Position numbers and translations under genes: made by a program. A model generated the notes under the pieces. The model searched no databases, had not been told where the DNA came from, and saw only the letters and a program-made list of their open reading frames with translations. Below, piece by piece: positions 13,398 through 49,300 of a stretch of DNA of 64,000 bases (position 1 is the first letter of the stretch; the number at the start of each line of letters is the position of its first letter). The stretch covers positions 248,001 through 312,000 of the forward strand of contig MU058441.1 of the NCBI GenBank assembly GCA_013265495.1. Direction: 5' to 3'. The stretch is from Vicugna vicugna. Its lineage: Eukaryota.

Positions 13398-14714
13398 CAC
13401 ACTTGTTGGCTAAAGGACTGTTGCAAATTTTATCTAACTAACATTCCTGACATGATCTTGGGGCCATCCTTTTCCTGGACAGCTCTGTGGCGAGCTTTTA
13501 AATGATGCTTGTTCTCAAGGCATCATTTTGACCAAGAACCAGCCTTCAGGAAACACTCTAGTAATGCAGCTAGGAGTCACCAACTAGATCCCAAATAAGT
13601 TCCTTCTGAAAGAAACTCACCTGGGAGCTGGTTGCAAATGTAAAGGTGGAAAAAAGAAAGAGAGAGGAAGAGAGAAAGAAAACAGAACAGCAGCCCAGCA
13701 TCCTGGTTGGCAGGGTCACCTGTGAGTCACGTGTAGACAAAGAAAATAAATGTGAACTTCAGACACCAAAAAAAGTTTGGTGGATATAGGCTCCAAGAAA
13801 GAACAGAAGACCCACCCCCACCCTATGTCCAGCTTTTGGATTTTTTTTTTTTTTAAGGACATGAAGCCCAGATTTGGGTCACATGCAATGTTGGAAAAGT
13901 CTTCCCTACTGGATTGTACCTCATGACCCTGAGGCTCCTTTCCCAATCTCGTTCTTCCCTGGCCACAGCTGGTTAGCTGGGGCAGGAGGAGACTCAAGGA
14001 CAGTGAGGCAGGCTGGCTAAGATGAAGTTGCAGGGGTCTGTGCTGGCCTTCTCACCACGTCCTTCCCCTCCAAGGAGAGCCTGCTGCACTGGGGCTGCCC
14101 CAGATGCTTACGACACAGCTGGTTTGAAGATATGGAACAGGGAAGAAAAGGTGGACAGCATGACCAGCAAGGGGGACAAGTGCTGTGTGGCCCTGCCTTT
14201 CAGGCACCAGCAGGACCCTCTTCCAGGAGTGTGTTGTGCAAGTGTGTTTTAATCCCTGCACATCCCTGGGAAGCCTTCCAAGGGAAGGGATGCAGCCGGG
14301 CATATTCCTATCAGAGAGAACCCCTTGTCCAGCAGGCCCCAGCTCTCCTTTCTCTTGGTGTGGGCCTGGCTGGCCCACCATCTGTTCCTGGCTCATAGAA
14401 GCATTCCACTGGAGTTGACATCTCTGCAGGGATCCCAGAGCAACTTAAATCTACCTGTGCTTGATAGGATGACTGTGGAATGGCTTTCAGTAGAGAGCCA
14501 TCATCACTGCATCTGCTTCCACTCTCCCAAGGGTGATCCCAGGTGCCTGATTCTGAGGTCCACGGGCAGCGATGAATTTGGGGAGCAGTCACATCTCTGT
14601 GTAGTTGCCACTCTATGAGTTATGTGATTGTCCAAAACTCTTAGGTTAATCTGCCTGGCTGTGCTGATTGAATTTCAGATACTAAAGCTCATTCTTCCAC
14701 AGCCTTTTCCCTTT

Positions 14715-14720
14715 AATAAA
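14715..14720 (+). terminator. Candidate SHPK polyadenylation signal (alternatives 13745-13750, 15050-15055)
   Basis: AATAAA downstream of the SHPK stop; which site is used is unknown. Confidence 0.4.
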
Positions 14721-15329
14721 ACACACCTCTCTGCTTTGGGAAGACTGGCACTGCAACAGAGCTGGGTTTGGGAGGTTGGATGTAGCCCTGGGGATCATTT
14801 GTAGGTTGTCCCTTGAAAGAGCCCTGCCTGCCCCATGGTTCTTCTGGGACAAGTGGCTGCAGATCACTCAGGAAAGTCATGCGATTTTTCCCTCAGCCAG
14901 AATGAGTTGACACCCTCATTTTGAGAGGAAGACACCTTGGGATGGGCAGCAGGATGGCAGAGAGCGCAGTCCGTCAGGAGGAGCTGGCTCCCTGACTTCA
15001 GGGAGGCAGCCTGTCTTGCATTCCCAGGATGCTGCAGGTGGAGTCTGTAAATAAAAGAGTTGGAGCTGGATGGGTGTCCTGCAAACCCAGGCACCCTGGC
15101 CCAGTGCCCAGCATGGCCCCGGCACTCTGTCCCCTTTCCGCATGTCCACTCCACCTCTGAGGCTGAGCCTGGCACATCCAAGCTTGTCAGCTAGCAGTCC
15201 TGCTGCCGTTTCTAAGGCACATGGCCCTGAGCACAACTGCCAGGGCCTCATTTCTCCAGCCTGAAGTCACAGGCCACCCACGGCTTCTGCTTTCATTCCC
15301 GGGAGGTACCAGAAAGTGGGACCAGCCTG

Positions 15330-15700
15330 ATCCAGATAAAGAACTGGGCCTTTAGGGCTGTCTGCCAACATCCTGGTCTTAAAGCACATGGAGGCTTGCG
15401 TTTTCCCACCTGATTTAGTTCGGCCAGTAAAATGTGAACAGACGTGTGTCACTTCCAGGCAGAAGTCCTTTGGAGCCAGTGAGATGTGTCACATTCCCTT
15501 CCCTTTGCCATCAGTGACCAGGGGTGTCCCCAAGAGAGGAGACTTTGCCAGGCTGGGTCCCATGTGAGGCCAACGTGGCGCAGAGCCCTCACCAACCAGT
15601 GAATGACACACAGTGTGACTGAGAAATAAACCTTTGGTGTTTGAAGCTACTGAAATTTGGGGGCTGTTTGTTACCATGGTGTAACTTAGCTTGTCTTGAC
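15330..15700 (+). mobile_element. MaLR (MLT1-type) LTR
   Basis: tgtgtcacttccaggcagaag...gagaaataaacctttggtgtttgaagc...ttgttacc. Confidence 0.65.
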
Positions 15701-15954
15701 TGCTGCAGCCCCAGTAGGGACTGTGCCTGAGAACTCTCACCTGCATCCAGCACAGACCCAGGTAAGCCGTGTTTACAGAGCATCCACTAGGAGCTGGGTG
15801 TTCTGTCAAGCATGGTGATGTGTTGTTGGATTTCCATCACTAGGGAATGAAATAACACCATAACAGATCTGCCTACGTGCCCAGAAGAAGGGGCAATTCA
15901 TTCTTCATGCAAGTGTCATTGAGCTAAGCCTTGGAGACTTTCTGTCTAGTGGTG

Positions 15955-16165
15955 CTAGTGATAATTAGTGTTTTTTGGAGTGCCTACCATGGACTAGAAG
16001 CTAGTCTAGACTCTACTTGTTGGAACTCATTTGATCTTCAAAATGATCCTAGAAGGTGAGTACTGTTGTCCCCATTTCACAGATAAACTGAGACACGAAT
16101 GAAGTAACTTACCTAAGTTCACAGCACTGAGATGCAAAACCCAGAGCCCACTTCCTTTAGCACTC
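15955..16165. mobile_element. MIR
   Basis: cccatttcacagataaactgagacac...taacttacctaagttcacagc. Confidence 0.7.
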
Positions 16166-19100
16166 TAGGCAGCGAGCTCGGGGTAGGCCAATGTATTTAT
16201 GTTAAAGTGAATGGCCTGTCTAGGGCGTGATGAAATGTCTGGTATCACTTGATCATGGGGTGGATAAAATGGTGCTGTGGGAGTTGTGATTGGAAATGTT
16301 GGCCAGACTGGGGAGAGTGGTGGATGCCAGACTGAGGGTTTGGACTCTCTCCTGTAGGCAGCAGAGGGCAGGACGAGCTTCATGGGCTTTGGGAGAAGAA
16401 CTGGCAGTGTGGACTCTGGATTGGAGAATGGATGTAACTGGAGGCGGGTCCCTATTAAAGGAACCTAGAACCAGCCTGAGAGATGGTGAGGCCAGAGCCA
16501 GCGCAGGGGCCGAGGAGTGAAGCTGGCCCTCCCTCTCACTTCCTGCCCCTGCCACACACACCCCTCCTTTGGCCTTTGACTGTATATACATGACGTTTAT
16601 GTGGCTTTCATGTTCTCTGTTTTTCTTTTCTTTCAAGTGGTTGGAAAGCTCCTCAAAGGCAGGGTCCCTATTAGGTATTCTCTGTCCTATCTTCCTCCTG
16701 CATCTTAATTTGGGCTGATGTTCACCTCACAGGGCAGAACACCTTGTCCAAGGTCTGGCTTGGATGCCATCCACCTGCTGCAGTGCCCTGCAGCGCATCT
16801 GCCACTGGGTTATAACTGTATCCAGGACCCCACTCAGTGTTTGATGTTGGGCCCCGGCTTGCGCTTGTTACGGGGCACCCCCCTACCCCCAGCCCTGTAA
16901 GCATCCACGAGAGCCTAGAAGGTCTTCCTCCCCACCCATCCTGGCCTCCTGGAGGGCACAGACCATCTTATTCGCCGTACTCACCTCTGGGTTCTCAAGT
17001 GCAGCGTGGCCCTCGGGAAAGAGGGTGGGTCACACCAAACCTCTTCTCAGGCACGATTAGATAACACAGGCCACATCTTTGAAAGTTAGATGTTCTTGGT
17101 ACAGAGATGCTCTTTGTGTGACTCATGAAACATTAAGCAAGTCTTGTTTTTTTCATTGGAAAACAATTAGCCACCACCTCAAGCTAATGGCCGGATACAG
17201 CTTAGCAGTTGGCAGATGAATTCTCACTGAAATAATAAGGAGAGGTCCAACCCCCAGGCCTGCCTAGAGCCCATTCACACCGCATCCTCAGTAATCCCCA
17301 GCAGCAGGCCGGGCAGGTGCTTGCGCCTGTTTTGTGGGTGAAGACTCAGGCCTGGAGATTCAGCTCCCACCCAAGTTCATGCAGCTGGCATCTGGTCTCT
17401 TCACTCCTGCTTGCATTCTCCGCCACCGCCCCTCACCCTCCAATAGCTTCTCGCTCTGTTCCAGACCCTCCCTGGATCCCAGCTCGGCAGAGCTGGGCTC
17501 AGCTGTCGGTGCCGAGTGGATGTCTGTTCCCTCCCCAGCTCAGATGGCCAGCTCCATCTGCTTCTGATGCACGCCGACCCCTCTCACAGACCCTCGCCCT
17601 CCCTGGGAGCTGACTCATGTGGGTACTTGGTGACACTAACGCACAGGCCAAACGCAGAAAGGAAAGTAGCTTTCTTCCAGGCTTGCTGTTTGCCATCTGG
17701 ATCTGGGACCCCTGTGGTCTTTAAAATTTGGGAGGCAAGACACATAAATCAGGACAAGATTTAGAAATCTCAGTACAAGATTTAGAAAGCTTAAGACTAG
17801 TGGAGCTGTCACCGTCCTCGGGTGGGTCACAGACACCTGCAGTGGTGCCTTAACCACTCTCCCCAGGGCTGAGACTAGCACCGCCTGCTTCCACCCAGTT
17901 CCTCCGGAGGTGCCAGGCTGACAGCTCCCGACTTTGATAATCAGGCTTTTTTAGCACATGGGAGTTTGCTGGTCTCTAGCTGTGCCAGAAGGTCTGGCTT
18001 CAACTCCTACAGGAACCGAGGTAGATGAAGAAAATATATTAGGCTCCTTTTGCCAGGGTCAAGAGCTCAGTTTAATTCAGTGTGCCCTGTGGTGGTAACA
18101 CCGGGGGAGAGAGAGGGGCAGAGAGGAACTGAGGCTGTGAGTGACGGTTGCAGTCTTAGCGTAGGTCTACCAGATCAGGCCCAGCCACCTGCTCTGGTGG
18201 TTACTCTAGCGCCTTCCTGTGCTGCCTCTTGTCCCCGTCAGACTGGAGCTTGGAGAAGCTCCCCCTCCCAGAAGTCGTCATTAAAACATGATCTACTTAC
18301 AAGAAGTTTTAATGGGTACATCATTACATAGATCCAAGAACACCATGTTTCAAATTATGACCCAGAAACCACAGCGAAGGCGGCAAGCCCCAGCCATGAG
18401 GTCTTGTTCGCAATACCATTTTATGAGCTTTAGTGGGACCACTCAGGGCAGGTACTATTCAGACAAAGCCTGGCCAGCGGGCGCCTTTGGGAAAGGCACG
18501 GAGCTAGGCTTGGAGAAGGGAAACAGGGCACCAGTGGCCTGTCGCGCCTTGGAGCCATTAAAATCCGCAAAGCCAGGTACAAACATCAGAGAAGTCAGAG
18601 CTCAGTACAAGCTTTTGGAAGCTCCAGGTGAGACCTGTACGGTTGCCACTGCCCTTGGGCAGGTTACATAGACTGTCTGTAATTCATTTCTTCATCTATA
18701 AAGTGGGGACAAAATTGTACTCACCTCTTTGTGAGGGTCTGATGAGACAGTGCATATAAAATGCTTATCCCAGAACCTGGCATTCTGCCATTACTGTTGT
18801 CATCATGATCACAGGTACCAACAGTCCCAGGAAGGCAGAGATTGGAGGAGGTGGGATTTGAATGACAGAATCTCAGCATCCATAGGTCTCACCTGCCACC
18901 TGGGTTAAGGGGGATGAATGTTGGGCAGAAGAAGGGCAAGGAAGCAGCCTGGAGCAGGTACGGTCAGTGTGACTGGGGAGGAGATGTAGCTAGGTGACAG
19001 TAGGGCCTGGACCACAGTGGGAGGGGGGGCTGGGACCGTGGGCTCAGGGCGCCAGGTGGAGGGCTGGGGTCTTGTTTGGTAAAGGAACACAATCAGGAGG

Positions 19101-19909
19101 ATGTTCTAGGCCTGGGACTAGGAGGTGGCGGGTGGGAGAGGCTAGACTGGGAAGGGAAGGTCCTTTCAGTGCTTCCAGGGAGAAGTGGCTGCCAGCTACA
19201 GTGAGGGGTGGACATGAGCTGCAGAAATGGAGCCCAGACTGCGAGGACAGAGAGGAGAGGGTGGAGAGGACAAAATATGGCAGATGTGGTGACCGGAAGA
19301 AAGTTGGTGCCTTTACAGGCATGAATGTTGAGGGGAGGGAGTGTGGAGGGAAGAGGAGTCCATCTCGGGATGTGCTCAGGGGAAGGGGTTTGTGGTCATC
19401 ACCTGCAGGTTCCGGGAGGCAGGGAAGCAGCTCCAGGGAGAAGGCTGGCCTGGACACCCGGGTGAAGGAATCATTGACTTGGGAATGTCAAATGGGTTCT
19501 TAGAGGGGTGAGGGTCTCAGAGAGGGAAAGGAGGAGGTAAGAGTTCTAGGGACCCCCTGCATGTAGGAAAGAGCTTGGTGGGGAGAGGCAGCCAAGGAAA
19601 CCAGGAAGGAGCTGTCAGGAAGGGGGAGAAGGGCCAGGATTTCCCCTGCACTGAACCATGGAGACTCCAGGATGCTGTCAGCCCCTGTGGCTCTGTTACA
19701 AAGAGGGCGTATTTAGTGATGTGTGTTGTCCTCACCAGAGGCAGAAATCACCTTGAAGTCTTAGGGGACATTGCTCCTGGGCTGGCCGGTCCTCTCAGCA
19801 CCTGTCTCAGATGTCTCCCCGCTGTGGCCGGGGGCTGCCCATGGCTGACACCCGGCCCTGGTCCAGGCAGCATGTGAGCCCGGGGATGGACCTGACACAG
19901 TGCTGTACT

Positions 19910-20678
19910 GAGTTGTGCTTAATGCTACTGAAGCTGTACACTTAAAAATGGTTAAAATGGTAACATTTTCCAAAAATTTCTTTATTGAATGAAAGATTCA
20001 TTAAATTCTATAGTGCTTTACAATTTTCAGAAGTTTCACACACATGATTTCATATAATCCCATAATAACCCTCCCAATCTATCTGGCCCCAGCAACATGG
20101 ATGCTCCTGGAGAATGTCATTCTAAGTGAAGTAAGCCAGAAAGAGAAAGAAAAATACCATATGAGATCGCTCATATGTGGAATCTAAAAAACAAAAACAA
20201 AAACAAACAAACAAAAACAAAGCATAAATACAGGACAGAAATAGACTCACAGACAGAGAATACAGACTTGTGGTTACCAGAGGGGTGGAGCGTGGGAAGG
20301 GATAGACTGGGATTTNNNNNNNNNNNNNNNNNNNNNNNNNNNNNNNNNNNNNNNNNNNNNNNNNNNNNNNNNNNNNNNNNNNNNNNNNNNNNNNNNNNNN
20401 NNNNNNNNNNNNNNNTAACAATGAGATATGTCCATGAATGACTGAAAAATTGTGCTGAACACTGGAATTTGACACAACATTGTAAAATGATTATAAATCA
20501 ATAAAAAATGTTAAAAAAAAAATCTATCTGGCCCCGTCCCCTTTTCCTTGCGCCACTGGTAACCACTAGTTTGTTCTCTGAATCTGTGAGTCTGCTTCTT
20601 TTTTTGTTTAATCCACTAATTTGTTGTATAAAATGGTAACTTTTATGTTATATGTATTTTACCACAATTAAAAAAAAA
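19910..20678. mobile_element. Three nested L1 3' fragments (+ host; - insert 19965-20628; + insert 20091-20520)
   Basis: TSD taaaatggtaac (19953/20629) and TSD aatctatctggcccc (20076/20521). Confidence 0.82.
20316..20415. other. Assembly gap, 100 N
   Basis: run of N inside the youngest L1. Confidence 1.
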
Positions 20679-21869
20679 GGATGAATTTCAAGTTTCATTT
20701 TAATTGAAGCCAAAATGACACATATATAAAAAGTTGTCCAAGCGGCGGACATGGTGGGATGGGCGTAGCTTCCATGCCAGACCAGCAGTGGGAGCCGGGC
20801 AATCATCTAATTGCTAGGTGTCCCAGGTTTCTCATCTGTAAAGTGGGTACAACCCATCTGTGACCCCCTCCACTGCCCAGGGTTGTTGTGTGGCCAGGGA
20901 GAGTGGCTTGGTGAAAGCACTTTGTAAACTGTAGAGAATCACGTGAGATCTGTGCAGGGTCTGCACTTTGATGCCTGATGCAGGGGCCAGGCCTTGTGAG
21001 CTACTCCGGGCAGGGCTATGGTGGGCTTTTCTGGCGTTTGGCTGTTCGTTTCAGGCTGTGTCTGACCTGAGGCTTGCTGGAGTCCTATAGCGTTCCAATG
21101 GGCAGCTTTTAGGACAGCTTCTACAGGCACTTTGGGCTGCAGTCTGTGTGCATACCCAGAAAGACCCTGGGGACTTAGCCAGGTTCCTGGAGGGAATTAA
21201 GCTCTATTGGATGTGATGAATCAACTTTTCTCCTGTGCCTTTAGGATCATACTAGGAGTCATGAAAAAATAAACCCCCGTCATTTTCTGGGTTCTGTGGC
21301 TCTGTGAGAAACCCCAGTTGAGAAACACTGGGACCTGGCAGACCCAGAAGTGCCCCCACCACCAGCCCTGCCACAGATTTGGGGACACAGGGAGGGGGAG
21401 GCCCAAGAGAGGAAAGGACTGGGTCAAGGTCACACAGAGTTGATGGCAAAGCCAGCACTCCAAACCGGGAGGTCCCTAGATGCCAGGCCAGGACTGCATG
21501 GTGGGTGCCACTACCCTCCCTGTTCCTTCTGCATTTTGAAAACGGAACAGTTTCAGGGCGCCAGATTTTACACCTCTGGTTGTGAAAGTGCATCTGTTGA
21601 GCTCTTTCCCCCGACTACCCCATCTGCAAGAGCGGTGAGTTTGGGAGGCCTGAGCAGCACCCTCTGTCCTTGAGAGCTGAGGTCACCTCTCTGGCTGGTT
21701 CTTGGCAGCATGTGGCTAAGTGCACTGCGGCCCTGGCATGGTTGGAGGAGGGGCAGCGGCTAAGCGGTTTCTGAAAAAGGGCAAAAATGATGGGAAAGGC
21801 TCTGGGATCCTCTGGGAATCACAGCCTCAGCAACAGCAGCTGCTACCATTGCTGGAAGCGTCTTCCTTG

Positions 21870-22059
21870 AGTGCCCGAGCGCGCCCACAGCCCATCCCCG
21901 CCAGTGCAGAGCGCGGCCACGGCCTGGGGAGGGGCTGAGAACCCCGGCGGAGGCAGGGGAGGCACCTCTTCTGCCACATCAGCCCAACTCTCCCTTCAAG
22001 TAGAACAGCCTTGGAGCTCACGGCACCCACTGGGTCTGGAGTGTGTCTACATCTAGCTG
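21870..22059 (+). promoter_or_regulatory. TRPV1: TRPV1 non-coding first exon / proximal promoter (start approximate)
   Basis: CpG-richer patch ending in CTG|gtgagt donor (22060); spliced to 25890 gives ...atctagctg|gctgcctcttgggccacagaagatttggcaaagATG, resembling the rodent TRPV1 5'UTR as I recall it. Confidence 0.75.
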
Positions 22060-25000
22060 GTGAGTCCCTTTCCTGGGTGGATGGCCAAGGCAGGTGTTCA
22101 CTTTTAGAAATGGCACAGTGAGCCGTCAAAAGCTGGGCCCTGCCTCTGTCCATCAGTGTGGCTACCGACTGTTCCACTAGCCTCTCAGCATCTCAGTTAC
22201 CCCTGCGTCTGAAACCTGGGGGTAGTAACAGTGGCTTCCTCAGAGGCTGTGGTGAGGCTTCAGTGGTGCCGGAGCTGAAGTGCGCTTAGCCTGGCTAATC
22301 ATCAGCACTTGGTAAGTGATAGTGGAGGTGGCTGTTATCAGTGTGAATTATTTGCGCTAGAGTCATCCTGGGCCGAAAAGGCTGTGGCTCCTGCAGAGGC
22401 TCATGGTTTGTGGTTGGAGGATCCAGCATGTGGTCCTCTCTGGAGTGAAGGAGTGCAGGGCTGGCAGGCAGGAGCCCTGAGTCCTTATCCAGGCTTCACT
22501 CTCTTTTTTTGGTAGGGTTCCTCTGGCTCTTCCCGTGGGTTGGGAATTCCCCATCTCTCCATCCTTCTTTAGGAGAAGCTTAGGTAAGATGAGAGGATGA
22601 GAATGATCAGGGCTGGGTCCTGGACCAGCTCTTCTGCAGGGAGGCTGGAGACAGATGGATGCTTTGGGTGGTGAGGGGAGTGGGAGATCCGCACCCCAGG
22701 GTGTCTCACCTGGACTTGGGGAGAGAAGAAGGGAGGCTTCTCCCAGGTGGTAGGCAGTGTCTTTCCTGGCTCTGGAGTTGATAAAGACCCAGAGGCCAAA
22801 CCAGGTCTTTGCCAGGCAGGGTTGTTTTCTTAGAATCATACTTTGGTCCAGATTGGTGTTTTCGAATCTTGTGTAAAACAGAACCACCATCTCCATTAGA
22901 CACCCCAAATCACAGTCAGAAACTCCTCCATCTCTGTAGAATGTTTGGCTCTGACAGATGCATTGCTGTGGGGCTTACATGCTGGACACATCCCAGGCCT
23001 GGCAGCGCAGACTTCCATCCCTGTTCACTCTCCCAGCTGAGAGCAAAGGGCCTCTCAGTCCCTGTCGCACCCTCTGCCCTGGGGGAAGCTTGGTTTTTAG
23101 TAGGAAATAAGGTGTAGGGCCTGCAGGGCAGATTTGGGGTTTGTTGACTGACTGACTGATAGCACTGTGTGGACTGCTTCATGCTTACTAGGTTTTGTTA
23201 GATTTGGACCACTCAGAAAGATGCAAAGCTGCTATAAAAAACATCACTGAAAAGTTCATGGAGGCTCCCACTTATCTGGTGCTCTCTTGTTGGGCTAAAG
23301 CTGCTAGTCAGGGAGCAGGTTTATTCTTGGTTTTGCAGCCAGCCTTATTCAAGGGGAGACACTCCTGGGAGAGCCAGGCACGGCTTGCGGCCTGGGCCTT
23401 ATTCGTTATTTGTTTTGGGGTTTTGAGCTTCCTAGGAATGCTTGTTTTGAGCAGGAGGGTGCTTTTATTGGGGTTTCTGAGTGGAAGGGCTTAGTCTCCA
23501 TCTGCCTGGCCCCAGGGCTGGGAGGGCCTGGTCTAATTGGCCCTCAGGACTTGGTGTGTGGTCTGGGGCTGAGCTTAGTGGCTGAGAAAGAGCCCTGAGA
23601 CTTGCGGAGGGATGGTAGAGCGCTGGAGAGGCTCTGGGACCAGGACCAGGCTGCTTGGAATTGAATGCAGGTTCCATTTCTCACTAACCGTGTGACCTCA
23701 GGGAGGTAACATAAGTTTCCTCATCTGTGAAATATTTACCTCTGAGACAGGTGAGAATAAAGTGAGTGAGTGTGTGTCAAGCGTTAGAACAGTGCTTTCC
23801 TTTGCACGGCGAGTGCTCAAACACATCAATTACTCTCATTCTCACTAACCTCCTGTGCCGTGTACATTCCACAGGCTCCCCATACCATGAACAGTCCTTG
23901 ATGGGAAGTTATCTTCTGAAAGCAAAGACTAGCACCCCATGCCCCTGCCTCTGAAGCTTCTCAAGGCTTCCTGCCATCCTAGCAATAACGTTCCTTGGCA
24001 TTCCAGGCCAACAGCCATCTGGTTCCGACCCCACCACCTGTCCCTCCAAGCCCACTGGCTTTCCTCTTTATCATGACTCTGGGGCTCTCCATCCTCTCCC
24101 CTAGTCCCAGCCCAGTCCTGCTCCCCTTCTATGCCCAGCTCATCTGTCACGTCCTCCGTGAAGCCTTCTCCAGTGCTCCGGACCCTCCTGTGGTTCCCCC
24201 CACCCCAGCTAGCACTGGTTTCTGTCTCAAAAGGGGGTCTCCATCCTCTCTGTGCCCTCAGCACAGGGCTGGGCACCAGCAGGATCAGTGGATGGGTGCT
24301 GAGTGATAAAGTGCATGCTTGTTGGTTGGAAGTGGGGCTTTCCGTGGCTGGGAACACACCCTGCGGCAGGGTTTCCGCTTGATGGATGAATCAGAAAAAC
24401 TCAGATTCTCTTGAAAGCAGAACAGCAGGCAGGAGGGGAAATGGGCCAGAAGTCAGCGTCTGTCCTGTTCACAGGGTGCAAAATGGTGAGGTTGCCGTTT
24501 TTCCCCTGTGGATCCAGGCATCAGATTGCAGCTGATTTACTGCCGAGGCCCAGCCACGTGCTCTGAGTTTTCACTGCCTGAACCTTCACTCCAAAGAGCA
24601 GGCTTGAGAAGCCTCCCATTCCTTCAGTGGCTGTTTTCTGGAATCCAGCCACTGCCGGAACATGAATCTAACGTCCTGTAGGAATGGGAGCTTGAAGGGT
24701 CTGTACCTGATCTCGTTCATTTCCCAGCACAGCTTTTTTCATAAAGAGATGGATCAGGCATGCTCCCAGCCCAGGAGGAGTTCACAGGACAGAGGGGAGC
24801 TAAAACCACGACAGATAGAAATTTCTAGACTGCAGGGTGGACGATGTGAAGAGGGCCATGGGGATGGACGAAGCGAGCTGGGCCACCCTGGAGAGGGAAG
24901 GGAGCATGATTGGTGCAGGAATTGGGGGCGAAGAGGAAGTGGCGTCAGCATGGATGTGGCATCTGAGAGGTGGTAGGGTTTGGGCAAGAGGAGAAGAAGG

Positions 25001-25922
25001 AAAAGCACTCCAAGTGGAGGCACCATGTAGGCCCAGGTCCCTGAGATGTGGGGCAGCCCTGGGTACCAGGGAGTGGGGATGCCCAGCCAGATAGAGGGGA
25101 AGAGTAGGAAAGGGGTTTGGAAGGGAGTGGAAAGCAGCATCAACACAAATTTATGGCCAGAGGTGCCTGCACTAGCTGCTAGTGTAACTCCAAGTGCTCA
25201 GGCCTGGAGGGCCAACCAGCCCTGAATCACTTAAAGTCTCAAAGTTCAGGTCCGGGATCCTTGAAATATACCAATTTCACAAAAGTGACCAAAAGTATAA
25301 AAAGTCCCCCGCAAACTCAACGATTGCAGCAGCCAGGTCAAAGAGCAAAGTCAGACAAGCGTGAGGCTGATGGTGGGGACACTTGGCACAGGAGGGCCTG
25401 TGCGCGCAGCGTGTCTGTCTCTACCGGCCACCTTGTTCCCAGGGATGCAGACTGCTCGGTTCTTTGGGGCTGAGCCGTCCTCAGTGCCGAGTTCCTCCCA
25501 AATGCACATCCCTCCTCCTGTTTCCCTTTTTCTGATCTTGGAGGGAGGCGGAGCAGTGGTTATCATTTCCACTCTGCCGATGGGGCAACCGAGGCCCAGA
25601 GAAGGCGAGTGGTCCATCCAAGTCCCTCAGAGCCTGATGGCTCCAAGCTGGGGACCCATCCATCCCTGCAGGCCGATGGCTATGGAGCTGCTAGGCCTGC
25701 TTCTCCCGGGGCTTTGGGGGTAGGAGATACAGCACCCTGAAAGCTTCCTTTCTGGGAGGCTAGGGGCAACAGCTGTTGGACTTCTGGGGCATCGTGTTTC
25801 ACTGGGGTCTTTGCAACAAAGGTATGTCAAAGCTAGGCTTGTGCAGTCCTCAAGCTGGGAACAAACCCAATATTGGTGGCTGTCCACAGGCTGCCTCTTG
25901 GGCCACAGAAGATTTGGCAAAG

Positions 25923-48129
<22,207 letters not shown>

Positions 48130-49064
48130 GGGACCCCATGGGGGGGCTTTCAGCCCTGTGGGCCTTACGATACCCCAGTGTTGTTGGTGGGGGGCGTGTA
48201 GGAACACCAGTGCTGTCTCAGCAGCCTGGCCCAGCCAGCACCCACCTTCTGGGCTCTTTCCCAGACCTCACAGGATAAGCTGTGGGAGGCATTGCTGGAT
48301 GCACGGGAAGAGGTGGCCATGCAACCCTCACTGTCCCCAAGTGAATCTCCTAACTTTCTGGTTTTTACTGACTTTATCAAACATCACAGATGAGAAATCT
48401 CCACGTGCATGTATACGATGCCCCTGTTTTCTTCGATTTTGCATTCCTGGGAGTGAAAGCCAACGAAGCCTAGTAAAACAATTTTTTGAACAAAACACTT
48501 CCTTTGAGAGAAAATTCCGAAGCTCTTGTCTATATCATGCTTAATATCTCCCCCGTCCGGAGTGGTCTGGGGTTAATGATGTCACTCCTCAGGGGAGGTA
48601 GGGGAGGCTTGCCCCATTCCCAGCTCTGCCAGAATTGGTTGTTTCCGGAGTGGTTCCCTCCTTTTGGGTAATCCATCACAGTTCCAAAAATATTAGCTCC
48701 TTCGCATTTGAAATAAAAGTACAGAACCATGTCCCAAAGCCACGTGGAAAGAATTTTTTAATGATCGTCCATCTGTAATATCCATCTATAGTCCTGCTCA
48801 CCTGCAGTGGTACCTACTTCCACCTCCACCCATTCTGCCATCCATCAAATAAATACATAAATAAATATATGTCGTATCAGGTGTGAACTCCATGTCAGTC
48901 ACTGGGCTGGCGTAGCTGATTGGCTCCGTGTAGTCTGTGCGTGCGTGTGTGCGTGTATGTGTGTGTGTACTACCCTGTATGGCTAGGAGCCTCTGGTCAC
49001 TCTTTAGTTGTTACCCGTGGGAGAGGGCACTCCTCCACGCATACATCTACCATAGTTAGCTAAC

Positions 49065-49260
49065 TGGGGGCCTTGGGCCAAATCTGGCCTGCCGCCTGTT
49101 TTTGTAAACAAACTTTCATAAGAACACAATGCAGCCATTCATTTCTGTACCGTCTCTGGCTGCTTTCATGCTACAATGCAGAGTTGAGTGGTTGCAAGAG
49201 ACTGCTAAGCCTAAAATATTTCCTTTCTGGCCCTTTGTGAAAACGTCTGAGGGCTCCTGC
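49065..49260. mobile_element. MER58-type hAT MITE in the TRPV1 3'UTR region
   Basis: gggccaaatctggcctgccgcctgtttttgtaaa...gcctaaaatatttcctttctggccc. Confidence 0.75.
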
Positions 49261-49294
49261 TTTATGGACTAGAATTTAAGAAACATCGATCCGG

Positions 49295-49300
49295 AATAAA
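49295..49300 (+). terminator. Candidate TRPV1 polyadenylation signal (alternatives 48712, 48848, 48859)
   Basis: AATAAA followed by GT-rich sequence. Confidence 0.45.
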
